A stretch of DNA of 64,000 nucleotides from an uncultured delta proteobacterium (GTDB taxonomy: Bacteria; Desulfobacterota; Desulfomonilia; UBA1062). The stretch covers positions 352,001 through 416,000 of the forward strand of contig CAWAUM010000005.1 in the NCBI GenBank assembly GCA_963785235.1. Reading direction: 5' to 3'. Position numbers and translations under genes: made by a program. Positions within the stretch are counted from its first letter, which is position 1; each line of letters opens with the position of its first letter. The notes beneath the pieces are model-generated. The model ran no database searches and was not told the origin of the DNA. It saw only the letters and a list, made by a program, of their open reading frames with translations. Below are positions 60,877 to 64,000 of the stretch, piece by piece.

Positions 60877-60965
60877 CAAACGCATCCAGATTGTCGCAAG
60901 GGAAATCGGGGATAGGTTCACAATGAACTTACCCTATCTTTTTGAAATATAAACCACTTTTACGG

Positions 60966-63431
60966 TTACTTCCCATCCAGCACTTTTCTGATGGTTTTTG
61001 CCAGGTCTTCGATTTCAAAGGGCTTCATTAGAAATTCTCGAATGCCAAGCTCCTTTGCTTTCTCTTCTGTCATATGCTCACTATACCCGGTGCACAGGAT
61101 AATCGGGATGTCCGGGCGTATTTTCATAAATTCCTGGGCAAGCTTGTCACCTGTCATGACCGGCATGATAATGTCTGTAATTACAAGATCAAACTGGTCG
61201 GGGTGTTTCTGAAAATGATCAAGGGCCTCGATACTGCTTGTCCTTGTAACAACACGGTATCCCAGGTATCTCAGGCGCTCTTTCGTTGCCTTTACAAGAA
61301 TCTGTTCATCATCAATGAACAGTATCCGTTCGGTTCCATTCAGGGAAGGAGTCTCGGCCCGGGATGTCACTGCCTCTTTTTTGAATTCAATTTCCGGTAG
61401 ATATATCTCAAAGGTGGTTCCTTCTCCGGGCAAGCTCTTACAAGTGATAGTCCCTTTATGGCTTTTCACAATCCCATGCACAACCGACAAACCTAGGCCA
61501 GTACCCCGGCCTTTTTCTTTTGTAGTAAAGTAAGGATCAAAGATCCGCTCCAAGATATCAGCGGGCATGCCATGTCCTGAATCAATTATGGAAAGCCTTA
61601 AATAAGGTCCGGGTGGCAGACCCAGGGTAAGGGACTCGGACCCCTCATGTATTTCACATTTATTCAAGATGATTTCCAGTAACCCACTCTTGTCACCAAT
61701 TGCTTGAGCTGCATTGGAGCAGAGGTTCATCATCACCTGGTGAATCTGGGTGGAGTCGGCCATGACACGGCCACTTGCAAGAAAGTTCTGACGGATCTCA
61801 ATGGATTTGGGCAGGAGCGCACTGAGCATCTTGAGTGAATCCTTGATGGTGGCATCAAGCTTAAGTTGAACAAATTCGTGTTTGGTCCGACGGCTGAAGG
61901 CAAGAATCTGTTTCACCAGCTCTCTCGCCCTGTTGCTTACCTTGAGTATCTCATCAATATTTTTACGCACCTTCTCAAGATCTGATACACCAAGCATTCC
62001 CCGCTCCGCGTACGCTATTATGGCTGATAGGATATTGTTGAAATCATGTGCTATTCCGCCAGCTAGTGTCCCTAGGGCCTCCATTTTGTGCGACTGGATG
62101 AGCAGGGCCTCGAGCTTCTTTCTTTCTTCTTCGGCCTGCTTGCGTTCCGTGATATCCAGTGAAACATTGGCTAGAAACAATGGCGCCCCGGTCCCCGGAT
62201 CTGTTATGGTAAATGTTATGGCATGCACGTCCGTAATGTTACCGGTTTTGAGGTTGCGGAATTGCAGGTCACCTTCCCAAGTGTCGCCTGACAACAGAGC
62301 AGGCAGGATCTCTGTCTGCACCATCTCAAGCAAATGGGAGGGTATAACATCAAGGATATTGGTATGTTGTACATTTTCAGGGTCGATACCCAGCATTTTA
62401 CTGCCTGCTTCATTGAGAAAGACCATTTTTCCGTCGAGGGAGGCCAGATTAACAAGCTCATTGCTGTACCTGACAACAGAAGCCAGTTTCTGCAGTTCTT
62501 CTTCAACCTGTTTACGCTCTGTGATATCTTCAAATGTTTCTATGGCCCCCACAAGGTCTCCTGCAGTATTCCTAATAGCGGCTGCAGTAAAACGGAGCCA
62601 TTTCTCCTTTCCCCCGAGTGAAGGAAAATAATCGGTGGCTTCATAGGCCTCATTGATCAATGGAGATTTACTGTACTTGCTGGGATACCACACGTGAATT
62701 GTATCTTCTGCACCATCAACAATAAGATCTGCCATACACGGCCTTTGGTCGTCATAAAAGGCCTTCCAGTGATCACAGGTGCCTACCATGTCTTGAAATT
62801 TCATTCCACTCAAATGCTCCAGGGCCTCATTCCAGGAAATGACCCTATGTTCCTTGTCAATGACAAAAGTAGCAATCGGGGAGCCATGAAGGATGATCTG
62901 CAGTCTCTGTTCGCTCTCTTTTAGCGCCTCTTCAGCTTGTTTACGCTCTGTTATGTCTCGAATAACACCATCATAGGCAATAAGGGTTCCAAATAGATCA
63001 TAATGGAGCACCGGTGTGTTGCTGACCCATCGGACACTACCATCCTTGCGTCTTATACGATGTTCGAGGGGGCCTATGTTTGTTCCTTCGAGAATCTTTA
63101 AGGCATGATCTCGGACCAGATCCTGGTCTTCTTCCACTACCATGTTGAACCACAGGAAAGGATCACTCTCAAACTCGAGCGCTGTGTACCCGGTCACGGG
63201 TTCACAGACTGGGGTGTGCAATGTTTTCACTACAATTCCGGCTTCTACTTCAACAGTGAAGATGTAATCGCTAATGGCCGAGGTTATCCGGCGATACCTC
63301 TCTTCACCCTCCTGTAGGGCCTCCTTTATTTGATGATTATCAGAATTTGATTTTTCTAATTCAGCTATCTCCCGACGTGCTTCTATCAACTCTGTTATGA
63401 GCTGTTCCCTTGTAACATTTTCATAATTCAC
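60966..63431 (-). CDS. Cytoplasmic multi-PAS hybrid sensor histidine kinase with C-terminal receiver
   Basis: Three PAS/PAC units, GGIAHDFNN, NAAQA, DSGHG, FDPYFTTK, GTGLGL, REC (IDDE, DIIMP, KP); GTG63431 after GGAG. Confidence 0.95.
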   Translation of the reverse strand: MNYENVTREQLITELIEARREIAELEKSNSDNHQIKEALQEGEERYRRITSAISDYIFTVEVEAGIVVKTLHTPVCEPVTGYTALEFESDPFLWFNMVVEEDQDLVRDHALKILEGTNIGPLEHRIRRKDGSVRWVSNTPVLHYDLFGTLIAYDGVIRDITERKQAEEALKESEQRLQIILHGSPIATFVIDKEHRVISWNEALEHLSGMKFQDMVGTCDHWKAFYDDQRPCMADLIVDGAEDTIHVWYPSKYSKSPLINEAYEATDYFPSLGGKEKWLRFTAAAIRNTAGDLVGAIETFEDITERKQVEEELQKLASVVRYSNELVNLASLDGKMVFLNEAGSKMLGIDPENVQHTNILDVIPSHLLEMVQTEILPALLSGDTWEGDLQFRNLKTGNITDVHAITFTITDPGTGAPLFLANVSLDITERKQAEEERKKLEALLIQSHKMEALGTLAGGIAHDFNNILSAIIAYAERGMLGVSDLEKVRKNIDEILKVSNRARELVKQILAFSRRTKHEFVQLKLDATIKDSLKMLSALLPKSIEIRQNFLASGRVMADSTQIHQVMMNLCSNAAQAIGDKSGLLEIILNKCEIHEGSESLTLGLPPGPYLRLSIIDSGHGMPADILERIFDPYFTTKEKGRGTGLGLSVVHGIVKSHKGTITCKSLPGEGTTFEIYLPEIEFKKEAVTSRAETPSLNGTERILFIDDEQILVKATKERLRYLGYRVVTRTSSIEALDHFQKHPDQFDLVITDIIMPVMTGDKLAQEFMKIRPDIPIILCTGYSEHMTEEKAKELGIREFLMKPFEIEDLAKTIRKVLDGK

Positions 63432-63842
63432 GGTTTTATCTCCCACCATGAAACCAGAAATTTGCACTTCTTGAAATCGTATTTGTTCATGAAGATTATA
63501 TTACCTCCCAGATATTATAACATGAACTTATACGAAAACCACTGTGTGCTGCTCAGGTTTGATCCATACTGCGTGCTTGTGTATAGGTGCCTATTATCAC
63601 TAATGTAATGAATACAATTGTCTTGAATATCTGGTCAAGCTCAAGCTGGTTTGATTTTGCCGGTGCCCCGACTAAGCTGGAAAGCAGTATTATGCTCAAT
63701 GCAGTCTATAATTATGTCCAAGCAGATGGGATTGCTGACTACAGGAAAGGCATTTCCATTCATATGGCAAAAATATTCCCATGCGACATGTATTATGAGC
63801 ATACAATATTGCTAACAAATTGATATTCCGACATCAATATTG

Positions 63843-63858
63843 TGGCAACCAATTTGCA
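63843..63858 (+). promoter_or_regulatory. Sigma-54 -24/-12 promoter
   Basis: TGGCAA-CCAAT-TTGCA with exact GG/GC spacing, in an intergenic region. Confidence 0.6.
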
Positions 63859-64000
63859 ATAAAAACTTAGACTCTGCACAAGAGAAATGATTTCCTTTTA
63901 ATGAAGGATGCATTTTTTTTATAGAAGCATGGTCATTTTTTTCATGGAGTTCTACATGGGGATTGCTAGGTCAAGGAAGACCTGCGGGTTTTCTTTGTTT

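Noticed and set aside
61882-62631. 249-aa + strand ORF
   Set aside because: It is an antisense shadow of the hybrid kinase.

Overview
Bacterial chromosome segment, probably from a Desulfobacterota/'Deltaproteobacteria'-type anaerobe (inferred from gene content such as rpsF-rpsR-DUF2232-rplI-dnaB, short ArgA and AOR). It appears to span the replication terminus: there is a canonical XerCD dif site at 46695-46722, gene orientation switches from mostly + to mostly -, and KOPS-like octamers converge on the site. Left to right: tRNA-Leu(CAG); ribF; a complete chemosensory operon with two STAS genes and a pseudo-REC/HATPase/PAS/SpoIIE protein; rapZ with mannose-type PTS IIA/IIB/IIC; a RimI-PyrK fusion; pyrD; comEC; a type IV minor pilin/PilY1 cluster; hfq; ligA; ribosomal, replication and arginine genes; secA; then an accessory region with an aldehyde:ferredoxin oxidoreductase-MoaD-MoeB-radical SAM cluster and a hybrid kinase. 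The most interesting lead is the SpoIIE phosphatase of the che operon. It carries an MCP-like methylation helix and a C-terminal xFxxF pentapeptide, which suggests it may be a non-chemoreceptor CheR/CheB partner. Four small frameshifts (ribF, the phosphatase gene, pilY1 twice) look like insertion-type sequencing errors. No CRISPR array, rRNA or transposase was seen. All calls are by eye; no database searches were run.
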